Source: Solirubrobacteraceae bacterium
GTDB taxonomy: Bacteria > Actinomycetota > Thermoleophilia > Solirubrobacterales > Solirubrobacteraceae
Length of the DNA stretch: 64,000 bases
NCBI GenBank assembly: GCA_036490435.1
Contig: DASXDW010000206.1
Coordinates: 92-64,091 of the forward strand
Reading direction: 5' to 3'
Below, piece after piece: positions 1-11,722 of this stretch. Below the pieces are notes generated by a model. It saw nothing but the letters and a program-made list of their open reading frames with translations, was not told the DNA's origin and did no database searches. Each line of letters starts with the position of its first letter. Within the stretch, counting starts at the first letter, position 1. Made by a program: the position numbers and the translations under genes.

Positions 1-44
1 CGCGTGGACCGTTCGCTGGACCGGTCGCGGCCAGCGCCCAGCGA

Positions 45-518
45 TCAGCCAGCGGGGCCGCAGCTCAGCTCATCGATGAGCAGGGCGAGGCGGACGAGCA
101 GGTCAGAGACGAGGCGCCGCTCCTCGCCGGGCAGGCCGTCGAAGAACTCCAATTGGCGCGAGCGCATCCACTCGTGCTGCTGGTCGAGCGCCGAGCGGCC
201 GTGATCGGTGAGGGTCACCGTGACGCCGCGTCGGTCCTCCACCGAGCGCGTGCGCTGGACGATCGCGCGCCGCTCCAGCGCGTCGAGGATGCGGCTGGCC
301 GTCGACGGGGCGATGCCGGCGCCCGCGGCGAGGTCGGAGACGCGCGCCGTGTCGGCGCCTGAGAGCGGGAGCAGCAGTGAGTACTGGGAGAGGGTGAGCC
401 GCCCCGGCGTGTCCTGGGCGACGGCGCCCCGGGCCCGGCGCACGGCCTGCGCGAGGGTCTCGAAGGCGACCAGGAAATCCTCCGCGCTGGCCGTCGGGGT
501 CGGGGCGTGGACCTCCAT
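45..518 (-). CDS. MarR-family transcriptional regulator
   Basis: wHTH LTLSQYSLL...STASRILDALERRAIVQR...DRRGVTVTLT; ATG at 518 preferred over the longer ORF, which overlaps the usp gene. Confidence 0.88.
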   Translation of the reverse strand: MEVHAPTPTASAEDFLVAFETLAQAVRRARGAVAQDTPGRLTLSQYSLLLPLSGADTARVSDLAAGAGIAPSTASRILDALERRAIVQRTRSVEDRRGVTVTLTDHGRSALDQQHEWMRSRQLEFFDGLPGEERRLVSDLLVRLALLIDELSCGPAG

Positions 519-537
519 CGCCACTAGCCTAGCAACC

Positions 538-566
538 ATTGCCATGCTAATGTTTGGCATGCTAAT
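538..566. promoter_or_regulatory. Tandem imperfect palindromes, probable MarR operator
   Basis: ATTGCCATGCTAAT (538-551) and TTTGGCATGCTAAT (553-566), both close to palindrome ATTAGCATGCTAAT, between divergent marR and usp. Confidence 0.6.
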
Positions 567-593
567 CAATTGAGGTCCCCGTAGGGGGTTGTC

Positions 594-1115
594 ATGTTTC
601 GGAACATCCTGGTCTGCGTCGACGGCTCGGCCCACGCGGAGCGTGCGCTCAGCGAGGCCATCGACCTCGCCACGGCCGAGCGGTCGCGCCTCACGATCCT
701 CACCTCGATCCCCCGCCCGCCCTACTGGGCGTGCAATCCCGTGACCGCGGCGGGTATCGAGCCGCTCGCCAACGATCTGGCCAACGAGGCCAAGGCGACG
801 CTCAGGGCCGCCGTGGACCGCGTCCCCGCCTCGATCCCGGTGACGAAGATCCTCACCCGTGAGCCGATCCGCGAGGCCCTGATGGCGCGAATCCACAGCG
901 GCGAGCACGACCTGGTGGTGATGGGCTCACGCGGGCGTGGGGCGCTGAGCGCCTCCCTGCTGGGCAGCGTCAGCCACTACGCGCTCAACCACAGCCACGT
1001 GCCGGTGCTCATCGTCCACACCGACGATGAAGCGCCGCAGAGCCAGCCTGCGGACGAGACGCCAGCTCACCCCGGAACCGATGCGGTGCCTGGCGACGCG
1101 TTGACCGCGGCCTGA
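594..1115 (+). CDS. Universal stress protein (UspA family)
   Basis: N-term FRNILVCVDGS; C-term DLVVMGSRGRG...LLGSVS. Confidence 0.93.
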   Translation: MFRNILVCVDGSAHAERALSEAIDLATAERSRLTILTSIPRPPYWACNPVTAAGIEPLANDLANEAKATLRAAVDRVPASIPVTKILTREPIREALMARIHSGEHDLVVMGSRGRGALSASLLGSVSHYALNHSHVPVLIVHTDDEAPQSQPADETPAHPGTDAVPGDALTAA

Positions 1116-2317
1116 TCCCATTTCTCGGCGCACGTGTCCGAGCAGAAGTAGGCGGTGCGCGAGCCGGCTGAGCGCGTGACCGCCTTGGCGCGATCGACGC
1201 GCATGCCGCAGACGGGGTCGGTGACGCCTCGGCGCTGGGTCAGCCACCACAGCGCCGTGAACACCGCCGCCGCCAGGACGTTGAGCGCGAGCTTGTAGTT
1301 GACCTGCACCGAGCCGAAGATGTCAGCGCGATCGGGCCGCGGGCCGCTCGGGGTCCACCCCAGCAGCGAGAACAGGCCGGCGACGAGCAACGCCGCCGTC
1401 ACCATCGTCACGAACATCAGGGCGGTGATCCGCAGGGCGAACGACCTGCCGTAGTACTTGCGGTAGATGGCGACGATCGGGAGCACGATCAGGTCGGCGT
1501 AGAGGAACGCCAGCACGCCGGCAAAGCCGATCCCGCCGGACCACAGCACCGCGGCCAGCGGGACGTTGCCGACCGAGCACACGAAGCTCAGCACGGCGAT
1601 CACCGGCCCGACGATCGCGTTCTCGATCGCGGGGAGGGGCGCCGGCGCGTTGTGCAGGAACAGACCGCGGAACACATGGTTGGGAACCTGGGCGATGAAC
1701 CCGGCGAGCAGGAAGCCGATGACGATCTCGCGCCAGACCATCTGCCAGTCTCCGCGGAAGTTGTGGGCCACGTCTGACCACGCCTCGACAGACGTCAGGC
1801 GGCGGCGCCAGGGCAGTTCGGAACCCGCGGAGTGATGCTGGTGCCCGGGGTCGGCGACGGCGGCGTTCTCGCGCGCGCGGGCCTCGAGCCGCCGATTGAC
1901 GAACAGGCGCAGCACCAGCGCCATCAGCACGATCATCACCACCCCGCCCAGGTACTCGGCGACGGTGAACTGCCAGCCGAGGAGGATCCACAGCACGAGG
2001 CCGAGCTCCCACACCAGGTTGGTGGAGGCGAACTGGAAGGCCAGCGCGCTCACCGCCGAGGCGCCCTTCACGAACAGCGAGCGGGCGATGGCGACCGCGG
2101 CGTACGAACACGACGATGACGCAGCGCCGAGGAGGGTGGCACGCGCAGTGGGACCCGCCCCGCCCCCGCCGAGCGTCTTCTCGATCCGGTCGCGCGGGAC
2201 CCATGCCTGGACGATCGCCGAGAGGGCGAAGCCCAGCACGAGCGCCCACCACACCGCCCACGCCATGAGCAGGGCGTCGCGCAGGCCGTGCCACAGGAAG
2301 TCGAGGAATCCTGTCAT
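1067..2317 (-). CDS. DUF318/ArsP-type permease with C-terminal YHS/TRASH metal-binding domain
   Basis: Multi-TM; SSSCSYAA and FVCSVGNVP motifs; C-term TDPVCGM...YFCSDTC. Confidence 0.85.
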   Translation of the reverse strand: MTGFLDFLWHGLRDALLMAWAVWWALVLGFALSAIVQAWVPRDRIEKTLGGGGAGPTARATLLGAASSSCSYAAVAIARSLFVKGASAVSALAFQFASTNLVWELGLVLWILLGWQFTVAEYLGGVVMIVLMALVLRLFVNRRLEARARENAAVADPGHQHHSAGSELPWRRRLTSVEAWSDVAHNFRGDWQMVWREIVIGFLLAGFIAQVPNHVFRGLFLHNAPAPLPAIENAIVGPVIAVLSFVCSVGNVPLAAVLWSGGIGFAGVLAFLYADLIVLPIVAIYRKYYGRSFALRITALMFVTMVTAALLVAGLFSLLGWTPSGPRPDRADIFGSVQVNYKLALNVLAAAVFTALWWLTQRRGVTDPVCGMRVDRAKAVTRSAGSRTAYFCSDTCAEKWDQAAVNASPGTASVPG

Positions 2318-2332
2318 CGCTTCAACCGACTA

Positions 2333-2347
2333 TACCCCTAGGGGGTA
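2333..2347. promoter_or_regulatory. CsoR-type operator
   Basis: TACCCCTAGGGGGTA C/G-tract pseudo-palindrome between divergent permease and csoR. Confidence 0.8.
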
Positions 2348-2364
2348 GTGGTATGCTTCCGCCC

Positions 2365-2661
2365 ATGGCCACCTCCACCCCCACACGCGGCTACACCGCC
2401 ACCAAGGACGCACTGCTGGCGCGGCTGAAGCGGATCGAGGGACAGATCCGCGGGATCGAGGGCATGGTGCAGGAGGATCGCTACTGCATCGACGTGCTCA
2501 CACAGATCTCGGCGGCGCGCGCGGCGCTGGACAAGGTGGCGCTCGGATTGCTCGACGACCACGCCCACCACTGCGTGATCGGCGCCGAGACGGCGGCCGA
2601 GCGCGACGAGAAGACCGCCGAGCTGATGGACGCCGTCGGCAGGCTGATGCGCCGCGGGTAA
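2365..2661 (+). CDS. csoR: CsoR/RcnR-family metal-sensing repressor
   Basis: RLKRIEGQIRGI...RYCIDVL...HAHHC (Cys-His-Cys Cu(I) ligands); -10 TATGCT 7 nt before ATG 2365 (leaderless). Confidence 0.88.
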   Translation: MATSTPTRGYTATKDALLARLKRIEGQIRGIEGMVQEDRYCIDVLTQISAARAALDKVALGLLDDHAHHCVIGAETAAERDEKTAELMDAVGRLMRRG

Positions 2662-2682
2662 CGCGCGCCACGCGGCCGGCGC

Positions 2683-3102
2683 CTACGCGGCCGGCGCGGC
2701 GGGCGCCACCACCAACCGCGCGAACAGCGCATCAAGCGTCGCCTCCGGATCGCGGCTGAGCCCGGTGTGGACCTCCGACGCCTGGATGATCGTCGACGAC
2801 GGCGCGGCCAGCCAGCCGAAGCGGTCGGACGCCGGCAGCGCGGCGATGGGGCCCGCGTCGGGCGCACCCTCGGCGACACGGACAAGCGCGGCCAGGTGGT
2901 CGCCGACCTCGCGGACCTCGGCGGGCGACATCCACGGCGCCAGCGCGGCCAACCGTCCCGAGTCCAGGGCGACCCGCGCCGCCAGGAAGCCCTTCTGACG
3001 ACAGAAGAGCACCACCCCGACGTTGAAGCGCTCTCCGCGCTCGACGCTGGGAACGACGCGCAGGATGAGATAGGTGAACGGCTTAGCGTCCGGCTCGGGC
3101 AC
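2683..3102 (-). CDS. DUF3037 domain protein
   Basis: FTYLILRVVPSVERGERFNVGVVLFC...RFGWLAAPSSTIIQASEVHTGL pattern; overlaps the upstream kinase gene. Confidence 0.85.
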   Translation of the reverse strand: MPEPDAKPFTYLILRVVPSVERGERFNVGVVLFCRQKGFLAARVALDSGRLAALAPWMSPAEVREVGDHLAALVRVAEGAPDAGPIAALPASDRFGWLAAPSSTIIQASEVHTGLSRDPEATLDALFARLVVAPAAPAA

Positions 3103-3856
3103 GCTCGGCTTCCTCCACGAATGCCCCGGCGGCCAGCCGGCGGCTCAGATACTCCACGTACACCTCGGCGGCGTCGGCCTCAGCCAGCCACTCGGCGGGC
3201 ACGAGATCGACCGCGGCGGCCACCGCGCCCTCCCCCAGCCGCGCCCGCATGCGTGCGTCGGCCTCGGTGATGGAACCGGCCCGGCTCAGCAGGACATGCT
3301 CGGCGATCAGGGGAAACGGCCGTTCGGCGTGCGCCTCCGGGTCCAGGCCGCCGTGCTGGAGATAGAGGGCGGCGCCGTGGTCGATGACCCACAGGCGTTC
3401 GTGCCACAGCAGCAGGTTGGGGTTGCGCGCGGTGCGGTCTACGTTGGTGGCCAGCGCGTCGAGCCACACGATGTCGGCGGCCAGATCGGGCGAGGGGTGC
3501 CACGCGCCCGCGGGGGTATAGGCCAGCGCACCCGGCAGGAAGTCGACCCCGAGGTTCACGCCCTCGCTGGCGGTGATGAGCTCCTGGATCTCCGGGTCGG
3601 GCTCGGCGGCGCCGAGCCGGGGATCGATGGCCACCGTGACCAGATCGGGGACGAGCAGCTCGGCGCCGCGGGCCAGCTCGCCGACGATCACCTCGGCCAC
3701 CAGCGCGCGGGCCCCCTGCCCGGCCCCGCGGAACTTGGTGACATACAACCCATCGTCGTCGGCCTCGACCAGGCCCGGGAGCGAGCCGCCCTCACGCAGC
3801 GGCGTGACGTACCGAGTAGCGGCAACATCACGAAGGGCACGGGTGCTGACCGGCAT
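3083..3856 (-). CDS. HipA-like (PI3/4-kinase fold) kinase
   Basis: YVTPLREGGSLP, YVTKFRGAGQG, NVDRT.RNPNLL, WVIDHGAAL motifs. Confidence 0.85.
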   Translation of the reverse strand: MPVSTRALRDVAATRYVTPLREGGSLPGLVEADDDGLYVTKFRGAGQGARALVAEVIVGELARGAELLVPDLVTVAIDPRLGAAEPDPEIQELITASEGVNLGVDFLPGALAYTPAGAWHPSPDLAADIVWLDALATNVDRTARNPNLLLWHERLWVIDHGAALYLQHGGLDPEAHAERPFPLIAEHVLLSRAGSITEADARMRARLGEGAVAAAVDLVPAEWLAEADAAEVYVEYLSRRLAAGAFVEEAERARAGR

Positions 3857-3958
3857 GCGGCTGCTTTCTAGCAGCACCCATTGACTTTCTCTCACGCGCG
3901 GGAATGCCGGCGTGCCGTGGCGACAAGGTACGAGATCCGTCGAACTAACATCGAGGGG

Positions 3959-4990
3959 ATGCTGCTCTCCGTCCTCGATCAGTCCCCCATCGCGCAGGGC
4001 TTCACCGGGGCTGACGCGCTGCACAACACCCTGGACCTGGCCCAGCTCACCGACGCGCTGGGCTACCACCGCTACTGGGTGGCTGAGCACCATGGCGGCC
4101 CGATGCTGGCGGGGCCGAGCCCGGAGGTCCTCATCGGGCCGATCGCCGCGGCCACCGATCAGATCCGGGTCGGCTCAGGCGGCGTGATGCTGCCCCACTA
4201 CAGCCCGCTGAAGGTCGCCGAGTCCTTCACCATCCTCGCCGCACTCTTTCCCGATCGCATCGACCTGGGCATCGGCCGCGCCGCCGGCACCGATCCGCTG
4301 ACGATGTACGCGCTGCAGCAGGACCGCCGCCAGGCCGCCGCCGACGACTTCCCCCAGAAGCTGGCCGAGATGCTCGGCTACTTGGACGACGACCTGCCCG
4401 AGGAGCACCCCTTCCGCCACTTGGCCAAGACTCTCCCGGGCCGCCCACACCTCCCCGTCCCCTGGCTGCTCGGCTCCTCTGACCAGAGCGCCATCTGGGC
4501 CGGCGAACTGGGCTTGCGCTACGCGTTTGCCGACTTCATCAACCCGAACGGCGCCGACATCGCCCGCACCTATCGCGACCGCTTCACCCCCGGGCGCGAC
4601 ATCCAGGCGCCGCGCACCGCCGTCGCGGTGTGGGCACTGGCGGCGCCCACCGACGAGGAGGCCCAGTTTTTGGCCTCGAGCAGTCGCATGTCGTTCACGC
4701 TGCTGCGCCGTAACCAGCTCATCCCGGTGCCCCCGCCCGAGGAGGCCGTCGAGTTTCTCGCGCGCGAGGCGCGGCTGACGCCCTCGGGCGACATCCCCGG
4801 CCGCCGGGGTGTGGTCGGCTCGCCAGAGACCGTCCGTGCCGGGATCGAGACCGTCGCCTCCGCCTACCAGGCCGATGAGGTCATCGTGGTCACCATCACT
4901 TACGACCACGGCGTGCGCCGGCGCTCCTACGAGCTCATCGCCGAGGCCTTCGATCTCGAGCCGCGCGCGGCGGCGGCGCAGACCGCCTGA
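3959..4990 (+). CDS. LLM-class (luciferase-like) flavin-dependent oxidoreductase
   Basis: LSVLDQSPI, RYWVAEHH, IRVGSGGVMLPHYSPLKVAE, RIDLGIGRA. Confidence 0.92.
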   Translation: MLLSVLDQSPIAQGFTGADALHNTLDLAQLTDALGYHRYWVAEHHGGPMLAGPSPEVLIGPIAAATDQIRVGSGGVMLPHYSPLKVAESFTILAALFPDRIDLGIGRAAGTDPLTMYALQQDRRQAAADDFPQKLAEMLGYLDDDLPEEHPFRHLAKTLPGRPHLPVPWLLGSSDQSAIWAGELGLRYAFADFINPNGADIARTYRDRFTPGRDIQAPRTAVAVWALAAPTDEEAQFLASSSRMSFTLLRRNQLIPVPPPEEAVEFLAREARLTPSGDIPGRRGVVGSPETVRAGIETVASAYQADEVIVVTITYDHGVRRRSYELIAEAFDLEPRAAAAQTA

Positions 4991-5033
4991 CCCCACGCCC
5001 CACACCGCGCCGGATCGGGGGTAGGATCGCGAC

Positions 5034-7694
<2,661 letters not shown>

Positions 7695-7698
7695 CCGC

Positions 7699-7920
7699 TC
7701 AGCAGCGGTTCCTCCTCGGCCCGGGCTCTGGAGGTGGAGCCTCAGGGCCACCCGTGACCAGGTCAGAGATGTCCAGCGGGTCAAAGAGCCGGAAGCCCAG
7801 CAGATCCTCCGAGTGGTTCATCCTGTCCGTCGGCCTCGCGCACTCGGGACAGGCGATGAGGTATGTCGCCGCCTCGGCGGTGAACCTCACCCGGCAGTGG
7901 TGACAACACAGCTGGCTCAT
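7699..7920 (-). CDS. Small zinc-ribbon protein (73 aa)
   Basis: MSQLCCHHCRVRF...IACPECARP: two CxxC motifs. Confidence 0.55.
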   Translation of the reverse strand: MSQLCCHHCRVRFTAEAATYLIACPECARPTDRMNHSEDLLGFRLFDPLDISDLVTGGPEAPPPEPGPRRNRC

Positions 7921-7942
7921 GGTGAGCGTCAACCTGTCACGG

Positions 7943-8104
7943 TCAGTCGTCCGTCTCAGCTCCGGCGGCGAAGGTACGGGGATGACGGCCACGGCCGAAC
8001 AGACGCAGACTGTGCCACTCCGGGACGTGCGGGCGCTCCAGAACCGGCTCCAGTGGAGCGCTCGCCTCGAAGTCACCAACCGCACCATCCAGGGGGGTGG
8101 GCAT
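7943..8104 (-). CDS. Putative small protein (53 aa), absent from ORF track
   Basis: MPTPLDGAVGDFEASAPLEPVLERPHVPEWHSLRLFGRGRHPRTFAAGAETDD; purine-rich GAGAGG upstream; TGGTAAACT extended -10 near 8187-8195. Confidence 0.4.
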   Translation of the reverse strand: MPTPLDGAVGDFEASAPLEPVLERPHVPEWHSLRLFGRGRHPRTFAAGAETDD

Positions 8105-8373
8105 GGTGTACCGCCTCTCTGCTCCTCAGGTAAAGGCTGGCGCCCGGAAAGCGAGAGGAGCAATGGCCTCGCTGAGCGTGGTTTGAAGTTTACCATGGCG
8201 ACCTATCGCGTTTGGCGCGTTTCGCGTGTATTGACGGCGATCGGCGGCGGCGTCCGCTATGGTCGGCTGCAGCTGGGCGTCCGCTCGGCTTCTAGGCAGT
8301 GCCCCGCGTTTCGCCAGCTCGCTCACCCCGCGCCTTCGTGTCACGCAGCGCACGTGAACGAAGGAGGGCATTC

Positions 8374-8577
8374 ATGCCCACAGGAACCGTGAAGTGGTTC
8401 AGCGACGACAAGGGCTTTGGGTTCATCACCCCCGATGACTCCGGCAAGGATCTCTTCGTGCACCATTCGGCGATCCAAGGTGACGGCTACCGGTCTCTGA
8501 CCGAAGGCGCGAAGGTCAGCTACGAGGCCGAGCAGGGTCCGAAGGGTCCGGCTGCGGCGAACGTCTTCCCGGTCTGA
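8374..8577 (+). CDS. cspA: Cold-shock protein
   Basis: [15 protein letters not shown] (RNP1), LFVHHS (RNP2); SD AAGGAGG; symbol is family-level. Confidence 0.95.
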   Translation: MPTGTVKWFSDDKGFGFITPDDSGKDLFVHHSAIQGDGYRSLTEGAKVSYEAEQGPKGPAAANVFPV

Positions 8578-8617
8578 GCGGCAGATCGCTTTCCACTCGG
8601 CAGGGGGGTAACTGGCG

Positions 8618-8797
8618 ATGAGTTCGCGCGGTAAGAAGAAGACCACGATGGCCAAGCTCAATCGCGAGGCCCGACTCCGGGATCGCCGCATCGAGAAGCA
8701 GGCGCGCAAGGAGGCCCGGCGATACGCCGCGGTCACTCCTGCGCATCTCGACGTACCGCACACCGATGACCACGAGGTCGCCCACCAGCCTGGATGA
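8618..8797 (+). CDS. Small basic helical protein (59 aa), absent from ORF track
   Basis: MSSRGKKKTTMAKLNREARLRDRRIEKQARKEARR...; AGGGGGG SD-like; GC-rich third positions; 40 nt after cspA. Confidence 0.65.
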   Translation: MSSRGKKKTTMAKLNREARLRDRRIEKQARKEARRYAAVTPAHLDVPHTDDHEVAHQPG

Positions 8798-8839
8798 CGC
8801 GTCCTCGCGACGCACACTGGGCGAACTTCGTGGCCGCTG

Positions 8840-9508
8840 TTAGACGACCCAGATGGCCACGACCGTGTACTGCACGGCGGCGGCGACGAGCACCAACGAG
8901 TGAAACAGCTCGTGGTAGCCGAAGACGGCCGGAGCCGGGTCCGGGCGCCTGAGGACATACACGATCGCGCCGGCGCTGTAGAGGACACCCCCGAGTGCCA
9001 GCGCGCCAACGGGAGCGATACCAATGCGACCGACGAGCTCGGGGATGGCGACGACGGCTACCCACCCGGCGACGATGTAGGACGCGGCGATCAGCCACCC
9101 TGGCGCGTCGATCCACACGAGCTTGAAGATGGCGCCCGCAAGCGCCGCGGACCACACCCCGACCAGCAGCGCAACCCCCAGAGTCCCACGGAGGACGAGC
9201 AGCGCAAATGGCGAGTAGGTCCCGGCGATGAGCACGAAGATCATCGTGTGGTCCAAGCGGCGCATGCGCCGCCTGGCGGCGACGGTGCGCCACTCGACGC
9301 GGTGATAGGTCGCGCTGGTGCCCAGGAGCGCCGCGACGCTGAGCGCATAGATCACCGTCGCGATGCGGGCCCGGGCGGAGTCGGCCTGGAGCACCAGGAC
9401 GACGCCGGCAACCACCGACGCGGGAAACGCCCACTGGTGAAGGACGCCGCGCATCCGCGGCTTGAGCACCCGGTCCGGGCCTGCGGGAGCAGCCATCCGC
9501 TCAGGCAC
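8840..9508 (-). CDS. Hemolysin III / PAQR family membrane protein
   Basis: KPRMRGVLH, SATYH, RRLDHTMIFVLIAGTYSP, FGYHELFH. Confidence 0.92.
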   Translation of the reverse strand: MPERMAAPAGPDRVLKPRMRGVLHQWAFPASVVAGVVLVLQADSARARIATVIYALSVAALLGTSATYHRVEWRTVAARRRMRRLDHTMIFVLIAGTYSPFALLVLRGTLGVALLVGVWSAALAGAIFKLVWIDAPGWLIAASYIVAGWVAVVAIPELVGRIGIAPVGALALGGVLYSAGAIVYVLRRPDPAPAVFGYHELFHSLVLVAAAVQYTVVAIWVV

Positions 9509-10382
9509 CCGCGGGCGTCCTGGCGCACATCGGATGCGTCCGGGATGGCGCCGGCATCATGCCGGCGCCGACCACGACGAGGCAGAACGCGAGCAGGCGC
9601 CCGACGATCTCCGGGGGGCCGGCCCCGACGGTGTCGTGGAAGACGAGAATGCCACCGCCGATCGCGATCACGTTCGCGGCCACCGACGTGAACGCGATCA
9701 CGGCGAGCCCGGGCCCGATCTGCAGGCTGCGCGCGGATGCGAAGAACGCGATGACTGAGGCGGCCATCGCCGCCAGCGCCCACGGGCTGATTACCGCCGC
9801 CAGCGGACCCCCGGTGGCGTCGTGCGTCAGGACCTTGAGCGAGATGTCAGAGACACCGAACAACGCGCCTGCGGCAAGCCCGAGGACCAGGCCCTCGTTG
9901 CGGCGCGCGCGATCGAGGTTCGTCGAGCCGCCGATCAGCACCAGGCTGAGCGCGAACACCACGGCCTCGACCGCGATCAGCGCGCCCAGCGAGGATTGTC
10001 CGCCGCCCGCCGGCGAGCCGCCGGTCAGGCCGAGCGCGATCAGCCCGGCCGCCGTGACGCTGAGGCCGATCCACTGCCGGCGGCCGAGGTCAAAGCCGAA
10101 GAAGCGGTCAGCGAGGACCGCGAGAAGCACGAGCCCGCCGGAGATGACCGCCTGGACGACTGAGACCTGCAGCTGCGACAGGGCGCCGACGTGCAGCATC
10201 CACGCAACGATCGCCCCCACCCAGCCGACGGTCCACCACTTCGACGCGAACAGGCCCCGGGCGCTGCGCAGAGGATGGCGGCCGTCAACCGGCGGCGCCG
10301 CGACCGCACCGCGATGGCGGACAAGCAGGCCCGCGTTGGTCGCCAACGCGCACGCCAACGCCAGCATCAGACCTATGACCAT
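9501..10382 (-). CDS. DMT-superfamily membrane protein (NIPA-like)
   Basis: About 9 hydrophobic helices; LHVGAL...VSVVQAV pattern; start uncertain. Confidence 0.7.
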   Translation of the reverse strand: MVIGLMLALACALATNAGLLVRHRGAVAAPPVDGRHPLRSARGLFASKWWTVGWVGAIVAWMLHVGALSQLQVSVVQAVISGGLVLLAVLADRFFGFDLGRRQWIGLSVTAAGLIALGLTGGSPAGGGQSSLGALIAVEAVVFALSLVLIGGSTNLDRARRNEGLVLGLAAGALFGVSDISLKVLTHDATGGPLAAVISPWALAAMAASVIAFFASARSLQIGPGLAVIAFTSVAANVIAIGGGILVFHDTVGAGPPEIVGRLLAFCLVVVGAGMMPAPSRTHPMCARTPAGA

Positions 10383-10450
10383 GTACAGGCCTGGGTACCC
10401 TCTGCGCGCGCTGGCACTCGGAATGGCGGGCGGGGCATCGAAAGAGGACG

Positions 10451-10488
10451 ATACACGAAGATAATGTCGCGTGTCTGATGTCGCGTAT
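10451..10488. promoter_or_regulatory. Probable operator for the adjacent wHTH regulator
   Basis: ATACACGA-N8-TCGCGTGT imperfect palindrome plus a second half-site TCGCGTAT. Confidence 0.45.
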
Positions 10489-10537
10489 TCCTTGTCGGGA
10501 CTGTGCTTTCGCGTTTTCTGAGTCGTCATCCGGTATC

Positions 10538-10875
10538 GTGCGGGCATCGCTCGGTTGGCGCTTCTGTCCAAGCACGCGCTCGTGCTGCTCTGCATCGCGC
10601 AGGACCGGCGGGCGCGAATGCGCGACCTCGCCGCCGCAGTGGACATTACGGAGCGCGGCGCCCAGCGCATCGTCGCCGACCTGATCGACTATGGATACAT
10701 CACGCGTACGCGTGAGGGACGGCGCAACCGCTATTCGGTACGCGCCAATCCCCCGATGGCGGCGGCGCCACACCGCGACATCGACATCGCGCGACTGCTC
10801 AGCCGCGTGCGCACCGTGCGCACCGTCCGCGCCGACCGCGCCGACGAACTGCCGGCGCACGTCGGCCTCGGCTAG
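10538..10875 (+). CDS. Winged-helix (MarR/ArsR-like) regulator, apparent 1-nt frameshift near 10560
   Basis: LSKHALVLLCIAQD..RMRDLAAAVDITERGAQRIVADL...REGRRNRY; the preceding Trp (GTG..GWRF) is in another frame. Confidence 0.7.
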
Positions 10876-10946
10876 AACGCGTCGCCGGCCGGCACGCTAC
10901 GGCGCCATCACTGCCGGCGTCGGGTCGGGATGGGCATCAGATTCGA

Positions 10947-11030
10947 AAGTGGAGACGCTCTATCCAAGTGGATATGTTTTCTCCGCTTCAACACAACCCT
11001 AGCAAAAAACCGGATAACGACAATCCACTT
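10947..11030. promoter_or_regulatory. Three TetR-type operators, consensus AAGTGGA-N9-TCCACTT
   Basis: Copies at 10947-10969, 10966-10988 and 11008-11030, upstream of tetR and a TGGTAATCT extended -10. Confidence 0.7.
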
Positions 11031-11048
11031 ATTGGTAATCTGCTTGGC

Positions 11049-11711
11049 ATCTCGCTGACGCAGCCCGACAAGCCCCTTCGACGCGACGCCGAACGCAACC
11101 GGCAGCGCATTCTCGATGCCGCCCGCGAGCTGTTCGCCGCGGGGGGGCTCGGAATCACGCTCAACGACATCGCCCACCACGCCGGTGTCGGCGTGGGGAC
11201 CGTCTACCGCCGCTTCCCCGACAAGACCCTGCTCATCGAGGAGCTGTTCGAACAGCGCCTGGAGGACCTCGTCGCCGTGGCCAGCCGCGCCCTCGAGGAC
11301 CCCGACGCCTGGCACGCGCTCAAGACTTTTCTGCGCCAGGCCCTCGAGCTGCAGGCCAACGACCGCGGTGTCAAGGACCTCATCACGGCCAGCACCGACG
11401 GCCTGGAGCGGGTGGCCAAGATTCGCGACCGCCTGCTCCCGATCGGACTCGAGCTGGTGCGGCGCGCCCAGGATGCCGGCCAGATCCGCGGCGACGTCGC
11501 GGCCGCCGACCTGCCGATCATCCAGCTCATGCTGAGCACGCTCATCGACGCCTCGCGAGATGTCTCGCCGGAGCTATGGCGTCGCTACCTTGGAATCGTC
11601 ACCCGGGGGCTGTCGGCGCACCCTGATTCCGAGCCGGAGCTGGAGACCGCTCCGCTCGCGCCTGGTCAGGTCGATCCAGTGATGTCTTTTCTGAAACCCG
11701 CTCGCCGCTGA
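11049..11711 (+). CDS. TetR/AcrR-family regulator (start uncertain; ORF open from 10968)
   Basis: LRRDAERNRQRILDAARELF...IAHHAGVGVGTVYRRFPDK. Confidence 0.9.
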   Translation: MSLTQPDKPLRRDAERNRQRILDAARELFAAGGLGITLNDIAHHAGVGVGTVYRRFPDKTLLIEELFEQRLEDLVAVASRALEDPDAWHALKTFLRQALELQANDRGVKDLITASTDGLERVAKIRDRLLPIGLELVRRAQDAGQIRGDVAAADLPIIQLMLSTLIDASRDVSPELWRRYLGIVTRGLSAHPDSEPELETAPLAPGQVDPVMSFLKPARR

Positions 11712-11722
11712 TCTAGGACGTC

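Noticed and set aside
7919-8392. 157-aa plus-strand ORF before cspA
   Set aside because: No SD or motif; runs across the promoter region and into cspA
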